Source: an uncultured Methanosarcinaceae archaeon
Lineage (GTDB): Archaea > Halobacteriota > Methanosarcinia > Methanosarcinales > Methanosarcinaceae
Reading direction: 5' to 3'
DNA length: 64,000 nt
Assembly (NCBI GenBank): GCA_963733675.1
Contig: CAVTET010000003.1
Location: 32,001 to 96,000 of the forward strand
Below the pieces are notes generated by a model. It was not told where the DNA came from. It saw only the letters and a program-made list of their open reading frames with translations, and ran no database searches. Positions 11,284-22,218 of the stretch are shown in pieces (within the stretch, counting starts at the first letter, position 1; each line of letters starts with the position of its first letter). The position numbers were made by a program, and so were the translations under genes.

Positions 11284-13797
11284 TGATATTTTAGTGAACA
11301 CATTTGTGTCTCCTTCTGAAAGAATTGGTTATATTGTATATCATGATTATAAGATAGGGTGTCCACATCTAAAAAAGTGGGAGCCCTGCATTATAATCGT
11401 AAAGATGATATAAGAGTCAAGATCAGACTAGTAGACATTAAAACAAATTAGACGGAAGAGAATCGGTTTATTTAATATCAGTTGTGTATATGTATTTCTA
11501 TGTTTTTAAGTCTGTCAGTGATAGGGTGCTAGTAGATAAAATAGATAAGAATAAGCTCAGTATTCTACTATTTTGAAAAACTAATTCATTTAGCGACTCC
11601 GTAATCGATTTTTTGGTGATTAGTATACTTCCCATTGTCATTGAATGAGAACCCTACAGAGAGCCTGGGATTAGCCTACTCCGTACTATATTTACGACTC
11701 CAAGATCGGATTTTGTTCAGTCTGTTAACAGAATGAGTTAAACAGTTAGGGGAAAATCAGCTTCAAAGTATCGGGTTGATCATCTCACTAACTACACAAA
11801 CAATATTTTATCGTTGTTAACTTCATGTTGATAGATGTTAACTCAATGCATAATTTAAACTAGTTGGCCACCTAATTTCCAGGGCAATAATGACATTTCT
11901 TAAAGTAATCGATGTTGCTTTATTTTTTGAAAATAATAGAAGAGAGCCTTGGAAGAGTTGTCTCGACTGTATGCCCAAATACAGCCACTTCAAATAAATA
12001 TTGTTCCAGGTATATTTGATTCGAAATAAGACCAACATCTTCCAAGTAATTCTACTAACTACCTTACCCATTATGCAGTTTATTTTTCACTCTTTTAGGT
12101 ATGTTCGTGGTAGATACGACGATACAAGATCTAATTATCTTCGTATTTATTTAAAATTAATCGCATAAAAAATAATTTCTAATTAAAAAATAATTCCACA
12201 TCAAATCTTTTGCAACCACAAAAAGCAAAAATGCTGTGGAAAAAAGATATCAAAAAATAATAGAATAATTTGAACCCCCTTTCCTGTGATTCAAAGCTTA
12301 AATTAATTATATTGATCTTCAAAACAGTATTTATTTGCCTTTTTCTTCAAATTTGAATATCAAATAAATAATAATCTTAGATATAAATTAACAATCAATC
12401 CCAAATTTAATTTGAGTTATTCATTAAAAACGCCAAATAATACCTAATTAAATTGATTAATTAGCATAAAAAGGCTATAATTCGCAAAAAGTCATCAAAT
12501 AAATCGCTATGGCCAACAGATTCATGGAAACCATCATTGTCTATGTAGTGGTCTATACCAAGGTCACCAAAACCCCTTCGCATACAAAGCCAACATAAAC
12601 CATTTGAGAGACGCTAAGATTGATTTTGTAGAGATCACTTTAACCAAATGATTACCAACGACTGAAAATCTTATCATAGGCCCATCACGGACTTGTACTT
12701 ACGATATCTACGACTATAAGGTCGGATTTATTTTACCTGTTTAAGTAAAGTATTTTTCTTATTCCAGGCTTTTAAATCATACGGGTTAATTTCAATTGCA
12801 TAATTATATGCTTTTAGTGCTTAATAACTAAGTTAGGTGATTTATGATATGATTAGTTTCCTTATTTGGCTCCCACTACTAAGAAAAAGATTCGTATAAA
12901 CAAATGAAAATATTTGGTTTTAAATAATATCTTCATACCCAGAGCTCTAGTGCTAACATATCTGTTGATTACATCAGGTTACTCCATAGTAACTTTGATT
13001 CTCATCCTTGTTTTTAATTTATTGCAGTCAATTGATAGTGTAATTAATTGTAAATTTCGAAAATCTCAGGAGATCTTAAAAAGTATCTCAGAAAAGGAAT
13101 GAATTTCAGTAAAGACATGAAAATGCATCATAAGGCTGTTACTCTTTGTTCAAAACATGTTATCATTTTATTTGAACTTAATGATTCTCTAAAGCTAAAA
13201 ATCGGGTCACGTCCATAATTGTTAACCACTTAAAAAAACATTCCATTTTGAGGGGAACTTAAAAAATAATTTTGGTCAAAGCTTTTATTAACTCACAAGC
13301 ACGACAACAAAATCTAATTTTGATAACAAAAGATTACAAAGTATTTTAGCAATTGCTGAAAGAATAACTGATTGCATATGGTATTTAAACAATTTATTAA
13401 TGTTCAGAGTTCCTGTTCAACAACTTGTGACCTGAGCAGAGATTTAAAAGCATTGAATAAAAAATATATATGAAGTAATACAGTATAGTAGTTAAAAGTA
13501 ATTTGCGCTAGTAAAAGCTGTAGCGGCTTAGTCAGATACACAAAGACTTATACTGAATATTCAATTAGAGACTTTTTAATATTTCCCAGGGTCTCCACAA
13601 TTCATCCTTAATTCACTAGCAATTGACTTCAATAAATCAAAAACCCGGTAAATAATTAAAAAGTCTACAAAATTACTATAGCTTGATCGATCTGAATGAA
13701 AGCACAGAGACTTCATATTTATTCTATGATCCAGGGTGTTGTTAAACATCCAAGTTATCATACAAAAATTAATACTGTTTCAGACAAAGGATTCAAT

Positions 13798-13887
13798 AGA
13801 GGATTTCGATAAACCACTGATTTTCACAGGTCGTTTATATACTCTTTATGAGCATATAAAAAAATTTAGGGTTTCTTGAAATTATCT
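13798..13887. repeat. ~90-bp MITE-like repeat, family B
   Basis: Imperfect terminal IR AGAGGATTTCGATAAA; related copies at 19409, 21956, 40974, 46960, 59176, 61729. Confidence 0.7.
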
Positions 13888-13950
13888 ATATTAGCTTTTG
13901 TTTGGTAGTATGTAAATAAGACTCAAATACATTGACGGGGGTTTATTGAA

Positions 13951-14670
13951 ATGGAAAGGGTTTCTACAGGCATAGAAGAATTGGATCAGAAGTTGAGTGG
14001 AGGTTATCCTGTAAATAAAGTGACCCTTGTCACAGGCATTGCAGGGAGCGGGAAAACAATCATCGGTATCCATTTCATTCACAAAAATTGTCTTGAAGGC
14101 AAAAAATGTTTGTTAATTGCGACTGAAGAAACTCCTGAGGATATTCTCTACCAGGCAAGAATTGTAGGACATGACCTTAGACCGTATTATGAGAATGGAC
14201 AATTAGTTATAGAAAATATCTTTGAGGATCGCTCCGAAGTTATAGAGCAGACGAGATATGGATTTAGGCCTGAAATTCTGGATATTGAAATTCCCAATCT
14301 GTTTAGATCAATACGTGAAGGAACTGATTGTCTTGTGGTCGATAACATAGGAACCTTTGCTCTAAGGGTTTCTACAAAAAAACTTAGAGACCAATTTGAC
14401 GGGCTGAATTACATTGTAAGAAAAAAAGGATGTACTGCTCTTCTAATAATGGATGAATCTGCACACAATATGACTCATCAGCTTGCTGAATATTCAGTCT
14501 ATGGGTCCATCCACTTATTGGTAAAAGAAAACTCTTACCTTGGAATAATGGAGCGTTACATGTACATACTTAAGATGCGTAGCACTCCTATTTCTCCCGA
14601 AATGTCTGTCTTTGAGATTACTTCTGAAGGAATCAAAATTCATGGGTTAGGGGGAAAAAGTCTTGCTTAG
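13951..14670 (+). CDS. single-domain KaiC-like/RAD55-family ATPase
   Basis: MERVSTGIEELD, Walker A GIAGSGKT, ATEET catalytic EE pair, Walker B LVVD, C-terminal ILKMRS and FEITSEGI. Confidence 0.9.
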   Translation: MERVSTGIEELDQKLSGGYPVNKVTLVTGIAGSGKTIIGIHFIHKNCLEGKKCLLIATEETPEDILYQARIVGHDLRPYYENGQLVIENIFEDRSEVIEQTRYGFRPEILDIEIPNLFRSIREGTDCLVVDNIGTFALRVSTKKLRDQFDGLNYIVRKKGCTALLIMDESAHNMTHQLAEYSVYGSIHLLVKENSYLGIMERYMYILKMRSTPISPEMSVFEITSEGIKIHGLGGKSLA

Positions 14671-15520
14671 TAAAAGGAACAAACTAAAGGTACTTATCAT
14701 CGATGACATCCCAGAAAATATAGAGCTTGTGGAAGCTTTTCTTTCACTGGAACCTTATGATGTTATTACTGCTCGAAGCGGGAAAGAAGCCCTCCAAAAA
14801 ATAAACGAAGAGAAACCAGATTTGATCCTTCTGGATATTATTATGCCTGATATGAATGGATATGATATCTGCAAAATTATCAAGGATGATCCTGAGACCC
14901 AGTTCATTCAAGTGTTAATGTTAACTGGCCTTTCGGAGCTTCAAGATAAGATAAAGGGTATCGAAGCGGGAGCTGATGATTTCCTTATAAAACCAATTAA
15001 CAGACTGGAGCTCAAGACCAGAGTAAAATCTATGCTTCGAGTAAAATCCATGCATGACCGCTTGGTGGCTGATCGTGACCGTCTAGAGATCAAAAATAGG
15101 ATACAAAGTATACTTACAGCAATTATTCCGACTTTACTTCAGGCTATTTCCCATGAGGAAAAAAAGATCATTATAAACCAGATAACAGGTATGGTTGAAA
15201 AAACGCTTCTTGATATGTACTATTTTGAAAATCGAGAAATGGACTTCGCTTATGCCGGGGAAATCTGTGCTGAGGTAATGAACCAGTTAGGTGGTAATTT
15301 CACCTCTTTCATGGGCGAAACCGAAAATTCTTGGATAATCAAGGGAACAGAGTGTCCCTGGAAAGGGGAAGAGGCCCGTAAAAACTCGATTTTATGCACC
15401 CTTACAAGAAAAATTTTTTCAAATATAGCTTTGAAGGTGGATTCGGACTTTACTATTGAGGCCCGGAAAACTATAGGAAATAAAAACGAATGCTGTGAAT
15501 TCCTTATTAAGGTAGCATGA
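14663..15520 (+). CDS. response regulator: REC domain plus C-terminal methanogen output domain (MetOD1-like)
   Basis: IIDD, LLDIIMP phosphoacceptor Asp, MLTG, FLIKP; C-terminal ECPW...LC...F...TIG...CCEF; overlaps the upstream ATPase stop by 8 nt. Confidence 0.85.
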   Translation: MLSKRNKLKVLIIDDIPENIELVEAFLSLEPYDVITARSGKEALQKINEEKPDLILLDIIMPDMNGYDICKIIKDDPETQFIQVLMLTGLSELQDKIKGIEAGADDFLIKPINRLELKTRVKSMLRVKSMHDRLVADRDRLEIKNRIQSILTAIIPTLLQAISHEEKKIIINQITGMVEKTLLDMYYFENREMDFAYAGEICAEVMNQLGGNFTSFMGETENSWIIKGTECPWKGEEARKNSILCTLTRKIFSNIALKVDSDFTIEARKTIGNKNECCEFLIKVA

Positions 15521-15912
15521 TATTCTCACTTAGCTTTCTGATAAAGGTTGAATGATATTCACTAGCTTAGGTTGGGTGAAAGCTTTTGATAAATTGCAAA
15601 ATTTTCACAACAATTATTAAAGTTTGCAAGCAATGGTGGAATAAATTGTTTATTTCAGTTGATGTGGACAAAATTTGAAGCTGATTTCAGCTATGAAATC
15701 GACAGTTTTCAGGTAAGAATGTTCTTTAACCGATGATAAATGGAATGGGATTTTTTTTCCACTTGTTTTACCTTACCTTTGTCAGTTTTTTTCCAATTTT
15801 TTGAGGTTTGAAGCTTCATTCTTCTAGAATTGAAATTAATTTGACTTAAAAGTGGCAAATTCTATAAATCTTCAGTTCAAATAAAATGGTTCAAAAAAGG
15901 TAGGTAATATGT

Positions 15913-16638
15913 TTACTTCATGCTTATAATAATTCTCATTCCTTCAGGTGTGATATCAAATAGAGAGTACTTAACTGGAACAGTCTTCTCCCTCATTTTT
16001 TCGATATAGATATACTGTTTTGTTTTTCCAGAGCTGAAGTTTTCCTGCGACATAAGCCGTATTAGCCCGAAAGCCATATAGCCGGCAAGTCGGTGGGTCA
16101 GGTTATACGAGTCCTCATCCATAATAAAGAGGCTTGTACATTCATTTTTCAGTAGAATTATGCTTATCGAGCTAAATTCATCGGCAAACTCTTTTATATC
16201 ATAATTTATAGCCAGGACCCCAATGGTATCAATAACCACAACATCAACTTCCGAAGACATTGCGCTTAGATACTCTATTATGTCTGTATCCACAGAGCAG
16301 AGTCCTTTACCAAACTTGGAAACGAATTTAATTTTGTTCATTTTGTCCTCAAAGACATTCCTTATACTAAGTAGTCCACTCTTTAAAAAAGGTTCGAGGT
16401 CAAGTTTGATGTTTCGGGCCTGGCTGAGGATGTCTTCAGTGAGTTCCCTCGTTAGAATCAATATACATCTCCTGCCTTCTTGGCAGCTCCTGTGCAGAAA
16501 GTGAAGTCCAAGAATAGTCTTGCCAGCACCTGGAGGACCCGTTATAAGAATCCCCTTTCCTTTAGGATATCCTCCATCCATTAATGCATCCAACCCTTCA
16601 ATTCCTGTAGACAAACTCTCCATATTATCACACTTCAA
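15913..16638 (-). CDS. single-domain KaiC-like/RAD55-family ATPase (EE pair altered)
   Basis: MESLSTGIEGLD (ATG 16623 likely start), GPPGAGKT, LTREL at the EE position, VVID, IEKMRE, FDITPEG. Confidence 0.88.
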   Translation of the reverse strand: MKCDNMESLSTGIEGLDALMDGGYPKGKGILITGPPGAGKTILGLHFLHRSCQEGRRCILILTRELTEDILSQARNIKLDLEPFLKSGLLSIRNVFEDKMNKIKFVSKFGKGLCSVDTDIIEYLSAMSSEVDVVVIDTIGVLAINYDIKEFADEFSSISIILLKNECTSLFIMDEDSYNLTHRLAGYMAFGLIRLMSQENFSSGKTKQYIYIEKMREKTVPVKYSLFDITPEGMRIIISMK

Positions 16639-16680
16639 GCTCGAAAATTTCTACATTCATATTTGTTTTGAGTAATAGAT

Positions 16681-16822
16681 CCTAAATTCCGTAAAAGTAC
16701 ACAAATTTATAAATTGTTTGCTTATTTGGCCACTATTAGTTATTGAAAGTTAGATTAATTTTTTAAGTTACTTCATATTAAGGAAATAGATTGCATTCTT
16801 GTGTACGTCTAGGGAAAGTGGG
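16681..16822. repeat. ~140-bp MITE-like repeat, family A
   Basis: Core TATTTG.CCA.TA...ATTGAAAGTTAGATTAATTTT shared with copies at 18797, 21762, 28020, 55479. Confidence 0.7.
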
Positions 16823-16870
16823 ATAGATTCCTTCCTCAAAACTAAAATAAGTATCATACAAAGCAGATTA

Positions 16871-17548
16871 TCAATCAATGTATTTTTCCTTAAACTCTGA
16901 AATCTGCTTATTGCTTCCCACAACTGCGATCATATCTCCGGCCTTAATTGCTGTTTGCCTTGTAATAGTAGTTATAACAAGTTTTCCTCTTTCAATGCCT
17001 ATAATAGTGCATCCGATTCTTTTTTCGAGATCAAGGTCTTCTATTAATTTATTCTCAAGGAAAGAACCCTTTTCAACGCGATGCTTTTCAATTTCTATGC
17101 CCTCATAAAGCATTATATCCTCGTCGATTCGACAGCTTTTTCCCACGCAATTTGCAGTCATTTTGGCAATCATCTGGCCGGCTACTATGGAAAGAGAACC
17201 GACATAGTCAGCTCCAGCTTTGTAGATCTTGTCTATGGATTTAACGGAATTTGCCCTTGCCACGATTGTAACTTCTGGATTCAGACCCCTCGAAATGAGG
17301 GTTGCAAAAATAACATTAGTATCGTCATTAAGGACCACAAAAACGAAAGAAGCAGTCTTTACTCCCGCTTCAATCAGTATCTCTTCGTCTGATGCGTCGC
17401 CGATTAAATATTCAAAGTCAACATAATCAAAAACTTTTTTATTGGAGTCTACAACTACGAATCTAAAAGGGCCGCCTGAAAGTACTTTTACGATGCTTTT
17501 TCCAACATCTCCGTACCCGAGTAAGACAAAATGCCCTTTAATTTCCAT
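16871..17548 (-). CDS. TrkA-family RCK protein (TrkA_N + TrkA_C), K+ transport regulatory subunit
   Basis: GYGDVG Rossmann motif, GDASDEEIL..AG, ARAN, IYKAGADYV, C-terminal GCTIIGIER...GDMIAVVG; ATG at 17548 behind GGGGTC. Confidence 0.88.
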   Translation of the reverse strand: MEIKGHFVLLGYGDVGKSIVKVLSGGPFRFVVVDSNKKVFDYVDFEYLIGDASDEEILIEAGVKTASFVFVVLNDDTNVIFATLISRGLNPEVTIVARANSVKSIDKIYKAGADYVGSLSIVAGQMIAKMTANCVGKSCRIDEDIMLYEGIEIEKHRVEKGSFLENKLIEDLDLEKRIGCTIIGIERGKLVITTITRQTAIKAGDMIAVVGSNKQISEFKEKYID

Positions 17549-17669
17549 TTTTGACCCCACAATCCTCAAAATTCATGTTCTAAGGCTTAATATTTGATTT
17601 GTTCTGTAAACTTAATGTTATCTTTATGGATATAGATAAATTTAAAATGTATATCAAACTATCGGATTA

Positions 17670-18150
17670 ATGCATCACTTTCTTTAGTTTTGAAAGCTCC
17701 TCTGAAGTTCATGCAGGCAGAAAACTGAGTTTTCCATGACCACATTTTCTTTTTTTGGAATGAAGGAGATGTATCAATTTTTCCATATTTTCTATAATTT
17801 TTGCACATGTCGAATGCTTCTGTCTATAAATTTCTTTAATTGTCTTGCTAACATTATGGCTTTTCAGTAGATAGTGGACTCAAATATGTTTATTCATTCC
17901 AAAATTTAGGCTGTCCATGTAACTCCGACTACATAAATTTTAGTTGCCTTTTTTCCGATAAACTGTCCTAACATTGCTTTGGAAGAGACAATTGTATCAA
18001 TCCCTGCGTACTTGAGGTATTTTGTATTGGATCTGTCCTCAAAAATTGCAATAATTTTAGGATACTAAAATTCCCAGGCATCAGAACAATATTTCCACTT
18101 TTTCATCAGATTTTTTGTCATTAAGAGCCTTGATTTTTCGATACCTTCGA
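17670..18150 (-). pseudogene. decayed potassium-channel/RCK partner gene
   Basis: Minus-strand fragments SDEKSGNIVL and AIFEDRSNTKYLKYAGIDTIVSSKAMLGQFIGKKA (TrkA_N end), broken by stops/frameshifts; no pore domain seen. Confidence 0.7.
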
Positions 18151-18468
18151 TAAACCTCAGATTTCCACTAATTGCTTATGTAGGCATTATATGCTAAATA
18201 AGATTATATTTTTCTTTAAGAGCAAAATTAGTAAAAATTTCAATAAGTAAAAACTATTCTTAAGAGATTTTAACGCTCCATTGCTCAAATGAATAGGAGT
18301 TAATCAAAATTCTCACAATATTTTTTTTGTGAATTACTACTTACTTTATAGCCACGACACAAGGTTAATATAACGAAATTCTGTATATATTGATTTGTAA
18401 ATATCGTCTAAATTGGACCAAATTAATAGATTAAATAAACTAAAATGGATTCCTAGGAGAAATTGAAG

Positions 18469-18657
18469 ATGTGCGAACTTAATGTTATCCTGCTTCGAGG
18501 AAACAGGCGCGAAAAGGTTATGGATTCCGTGGCAAAAATCCTGGTTGAAGGAAACTCGATCCAGCTTACAGGGATTCTTGGGGATAAAATGATCATAGAA
18601 GGTTCAATAAAAGAAGTCAATATATCACACGGAGAAGCCCTTATTCTTGCAAACTAA
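18469..18657 (+). CDS. CooT-family nickel-binding protein
   Basis: MCE N-terminus, VMDSV, GILGDK..IEGSIKEVN..H pattern, 62 aa. Confidence 0.75.
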   Translation: MCELNVILLRGNRREKVMDSVAKILVEGNSIQLTGILGDKMIIEGSIKEVNISHGEALILAN

Positions 18658-18796
18658 AATTTTGCACTTTATTTACATTCTTTATCTGGCTTTCGACTGT
18701 CCTGATATTTTCTCGTCTTTTACTGATTTTTCAGATTTTTTTTTGTATGGCTTCTGAGAAAAGCGTGATGGTATGTAGCTTTTGTAGTAATTTTGC

Positions 18797-18935
18797 CGAT
18801 ATTCTACAAATGTAAACATATGTCGAATTAGTTGGCCTATTTGCCCATTATTATTATTGAAATTTGAATTGGTTTTTAAGCTGTTTCTATATTAAGAAAA
18901 TAGATGGCATTCTTGTTTCATGTATGGAAAGTGGG
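18797..18935. repeat. ~140-bp MITE-like repeat, family A
   Basis: Same internal core and 3' end ATAGATGGCATTCTTG...GGAAAGTGGG. Confidence 0.7.
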
Positions 18936-19104
18936 AGTCTGCTCTAATTGACTCAATAAATTAAATAATGAATCCATCAGATGTATATAATATCTAAATT
19001 CAGCTATTGTAATCCGGTTAGTTTGTATTTTTTATTTTAAAGCGGAGTAATATGGTGCTTTATGTGCTAAACATGCAAAAGCTGATTTAGCAAGTATCAA
19101 TTTA

Positions 19105-19240
19105 TTTTAAGTCGAATACCCTGCATCTTGATGCGTGGATAAAAAATGTATGCTTCGAAATTGGCAAAGGTTACTATTAAGTTTGATACAACAGGTAATG
19201 ATAGTGATCATGTAAATCTTTTATTTTCTTTCTGAATGAT
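19105..19240 (+). mobile_element. internally deleted IS200-like remnant
   Basis: AGTCGAATACCCTGCATCTTGATGCG end hairpin (reverse complement of the 41750-41785 motif) followed by KNVCFEI...GNDSDHVNL fragment. Confidence 0.6.
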
Positions 19241-19408
19241 AAGACTGTGGTACTGACTGATATTTGCATAGAAAAACCAGTAAATTTCCTGAAAGAAATC
19301 CAATCAATAAACTGTTTATCAGGTTCGAAGTCGGAGAGATCGTGCCATTGCTGTAAAACAAGTAGATCTTCTTTTGAAATTATCGAGTACTAGTTAGTGG
19401 AGTACTGG

Positions 19409-19499
19409 ATAAAATTTCGATAAACCCTTAAATTTCTTCCTATGTTTATAAATTGTAGATCAATGACTCTTTAAAATCAGACGTTTATCAAAATTCTCT
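19409..19499. repeat. ~90-bp MITE-like repeat, family B (reverse orientation)
   Basis: AAAATTTCGATAAAC ... GTTTATCAAAATTCTCT. Confidence 0.65.
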
Positions 19500-19690
19500 T
19501 TACTACTACTGTAGGTGTTAAAAAATAATGTTCATCATTGAAAAATTTCACTACTATACATTTAAATATCAAAAATCCAATGCACTGACACATATATTAC
19601 AATAAAATACAATCAACTCCAAATAGATCTTATAGCATTCACAGCTCACGATCATTTCTTCAAAGAAGATTTACTGAAAGGAGTATTTCG

Positions 19691-20608
19691 ATGTTAAACC
19701 CTGATAAATTCATTTCAAAAGCAATCGAAGAAATCATCCAGGAAATAAAAGATAAAAGAGCAATTATTGCACTTTCAGGCGGTGTGGACAGTTCTGTTTG
19801 TGCGGAGCTGGCTTACAGGGCTATTGGGGAAAGGCTGCAGCCGATATATATTGACACAGGGCTCATGAGAGCAGGAGAAACAGAAAGGATAAAGCACATC
19901 TTCTCCCACATGAATCTGGATATTGTGTATGCAAAGGCAAGATTTCTTGCAGCCCTGAAAAATATCACTGAACCTGAAGAAAAAAGGAATGTTATAGGCG
20001 AGACTTTCATCCGAGTTTTTGAAGAAGAAGCGAGGAAAATTGCAGCTGATTATCTGATTCAGGGTACGATTTACCCTGACAGGATCGAGTCAGAGGGCGG
20101 TATCAAGTCCCATCACAATGTTGGGGGACTGCCTAATGTGATGGACTTCAAGAAGATCGTCGAGCCTATAAAGGACCTTTACAAAGATGAAGTAAGGAAA
20201 GTTGCATGGGCGCTCCAACTGCCTGAAGAAATTTGTGAAAGGATGCCTTTCCCTGGTCCAGGTTTGGCTGTGCGGATTATCGGAGAAGTTACAGAGGAGA
20301 AACTTGAGGTAGTAAGGGAAGCCAATCTTATAGTAGAAGAGGAGCTTCTTGACAGGTTCTGCCCCTGGCAAACTTTCGCTGCAGTCATCGGTAAGGGAAC
20401 AGGAGTGAAAGGAGATATCCGAGCTTACGGATGGATCGTAGCTGTAAGAGCTGTCGGGTCACGAGATGGAATGACTGCGGAAGCTTTAGAACTCTCTTGG
20501 GATGCACTCAAGCACCTAGAGGCCAGGATAACTTCCGAGATTCCGAGAGTTGTCAGGGTCGTCTACGATATCACACCCAAGCCACCTGCAACAATCGAGT
20601 TCGAATGA
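19691..20608 (+). CDS. guaAB: GMP synthase subunit B (ATP pyrophosphatase)
   Basis: [11 protein letters not shown]-loop, [44 protein letters not shown]. Confidence 0.96.
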   Translation: MLNPDKFISKAIEEIIQEIKDKRAIIALSGGVDSSVCAELAYRAIGERLQPIYIDTGLMRAGETERIKHIFSHMNLDIVYAKARFLAALKNITEPEEKRNVIGETFIRVFEEEARKIAADYLIQGTIYPDRIESEGGIKSHHNVGGLPNVMDFKKIVEPIKDLYKDEVRKVAWALQLPEEICERMPFPGPGLAVRIIGEVTEEKLEVVREANLIVEEELLDRFCPWQTFAAVIGKGTGVKGDIRAYGWIVAVRAVGSRDGMTAEALELSWDALKHLEARITSEIPRVVRVVYDITPKPPATIEFE

Positions 20609-20696
20609 GATATAGAGTGCAGAAGATAAGTGTACAATAAATGAAACTGAAAAACAGATCATAAATCTTTTTCTGCAAGATTAAGAAAGCAATTAA

Positions 20697-21752
20697 GTGA
20701 GTTTTTTGCCCATGACCCTAAATAAAGCAGTAATAAAAATTCGACAGAGAATTAAAATAAGGTCCTCTCCTACAAATGAACCGACAGCAAGCTGGACAGG
20801 GATCGACCTTTTAAACGGAATTCAAATAAAAACTCTCACTATAATTTTCAAAACCATAGGATGCAGCTGGGGGAAAGCTGGAGGTTGTACTATGTGTGGT
20901 TATGTTTATGACTGCGCAAGTGAGCCGCCAACCCTTGAAGATTACAAAACCCAACTTTCAAGAGCGATGAAAAAAGCTGACAAATTTTCAGAGTTCATGG
21001 TCAAAATCTTCACCTCCGGTAGTCTCCTTGACGAGCAGGAAATCCCTTGTGAAGCAAGAGATGTAATTCTCAAAACTCTCGCAGATGATCCCCGGATCAT
21101 CAAGGTGCTTGTCGAAACTAGACCTAACTTTGTAACCGAAGAGAATGTATCACACTGTATAAATATACTGAGAAATAATCCATTTGAGCTAGCATTTGGA
21201 CTGGAAACGAGCTCTGACAGAATTCGCAGAGATTCAATTAACAAGGGATTTACTTTCAGGGACTTTGTTTGTGCAGCAAAAATTTCAAAGAGACATGGTG
21301 CAACCGTAAAGGCTTATCTGATGCTAAAACCTCCCTTCCTTTCCGAACTTCAGGCCTTAGAAGATATAGTTCGTTCCATAGATGATGCAGCCCCTTATAC
21401 TGACATAATCTCTATTAACCTCTGCAACGTCCAGAAAGGAACCCTCGTTGAAGCTCTCTGGGAAAAAGGACAGTATCGTCCTCCCTGGCTCTGGAGCATC
21501 GTAGAAATCCTGAAAAAGGCGAAAGCTGTCCATTCGGATCTCATACTTATGTCCGACCCTGTAGGTGCAGGCTCAAAACGTGGCCCTCACAACTGCAAAC
21601 TATGTAGCTCAGATGTGGCAGACTCACTCAGAACTTTCTCACTTAACCAGAATCCAGCAGACCTGAGTAAAACAAATTGCGAATGCAAAGAACTCTGGAA
21701 AAAAGTTTTAGAGCTCGAGGATTATACCTATGGGACACCCATTTTAGAATAA
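20697..21752 (+). CDS. archaeosine biosynthesis radical SAM protein RaSEA (TIGR01210-type)
   Basis: CSWGKAGGCTMCGY (Cx6Cx2C), KIFTSGS, VETRP, GLET, INKG, YRPPWLWS, RGPHNC. Confidence 0.85.
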   Translation: MSFLPMTLNKAVIKIRQRIKIRSSPTNEPTASWTGIDLLNGIQIKTLTIIFKTIGCSWGKAGGCTMCGYVYDCASEPPTLEDYKTQLSRAMKKADKFSEFMVKIFTSGSLLDEQEIPCEARDVILKTLADDPRIIKVLVETRPNFVTEENVSHCINILRNNPFELAFGLETSSDRIRRDSINKGFTFRDFVCAAKISKRHGATVKAYLMLKPPFLSELQALEDIVRSIDDAAPYTDIISINLCNVQKGTLVEALWEKGQYRPPWLWSIVEILKKAKAVHSDLILMSDPVGAGSKRGPHNCKLCSSDVADSLRTFSLNQNPADLSKTNCECKELWKKVLELEDYTYGTPILE

Positions 21753-21761
21753 TGGTGAAAA

Positions 21762-21901
21762 CTACATTCTGCAAATGTAAACAGATGTCGAATTTGGTAA
21801 ACTATTTGTCCATATTATTCATTGAAGGTTAGATTAAACTTTAAGCTACTGCAATATTGAAAAAATATATACCATTTTTGCGTATATTTGCGGAAAATAG
21901 G
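21762..21901. repeat. ~140-bp MITE-like repeat, family A
   Basis: CTACATTCTGCAAAT ... ATTTGCGGAAAATAG imperfect IR and shared core. Confidence 0.7.
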
Positions 21902-21955
21902 ATTTATGATAAACTCACGAATTAGTTACAATTCTAAAAAACGGATTTAATTTCG

Positions 21956-22045
21956 AGAGGGTTTCGATAAATTCCTAAAATATTTTATATGTTTATAAAC
22001 GACATTTAATGATTCATGTAAATAAGTGGTTTATCGAAATCCTTT
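21956..22045. repeat. ~90-bp MITE-like repeat, family B (reverse orientation)
   Basis: AGAGGGTTTCGATAAA ... TTTATCGAAATCCTTT. Confidence 0.7.
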
Positions 22046-22218
22046 CTAACTTAGGCCTATAGAAAGGGATTGAAAGATAAAGTAGGCATAAAACCATGGG
22101 ATAAGGAAGAAAATCAAGCCACGAGCATGAGTGACAGGTTTACATGTCTGAGGTCGAAATCAAAAATACAATATAGGATCCATATCATTATCAAACGAAC
22201 AAGTATAGTGATACATGT

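Noticed and set aside
12560-12740. Possible universal stress protein remnant on the minus strand (SDLIVVD, VGNHLVK)
   Set aside because: The match is too short and fragmentary to support without a search.
13951-16638. Cyanobacterial-type circadian clock
   Set aside because: Both ATPases are single-domain and no kaiA or kaiB is present.
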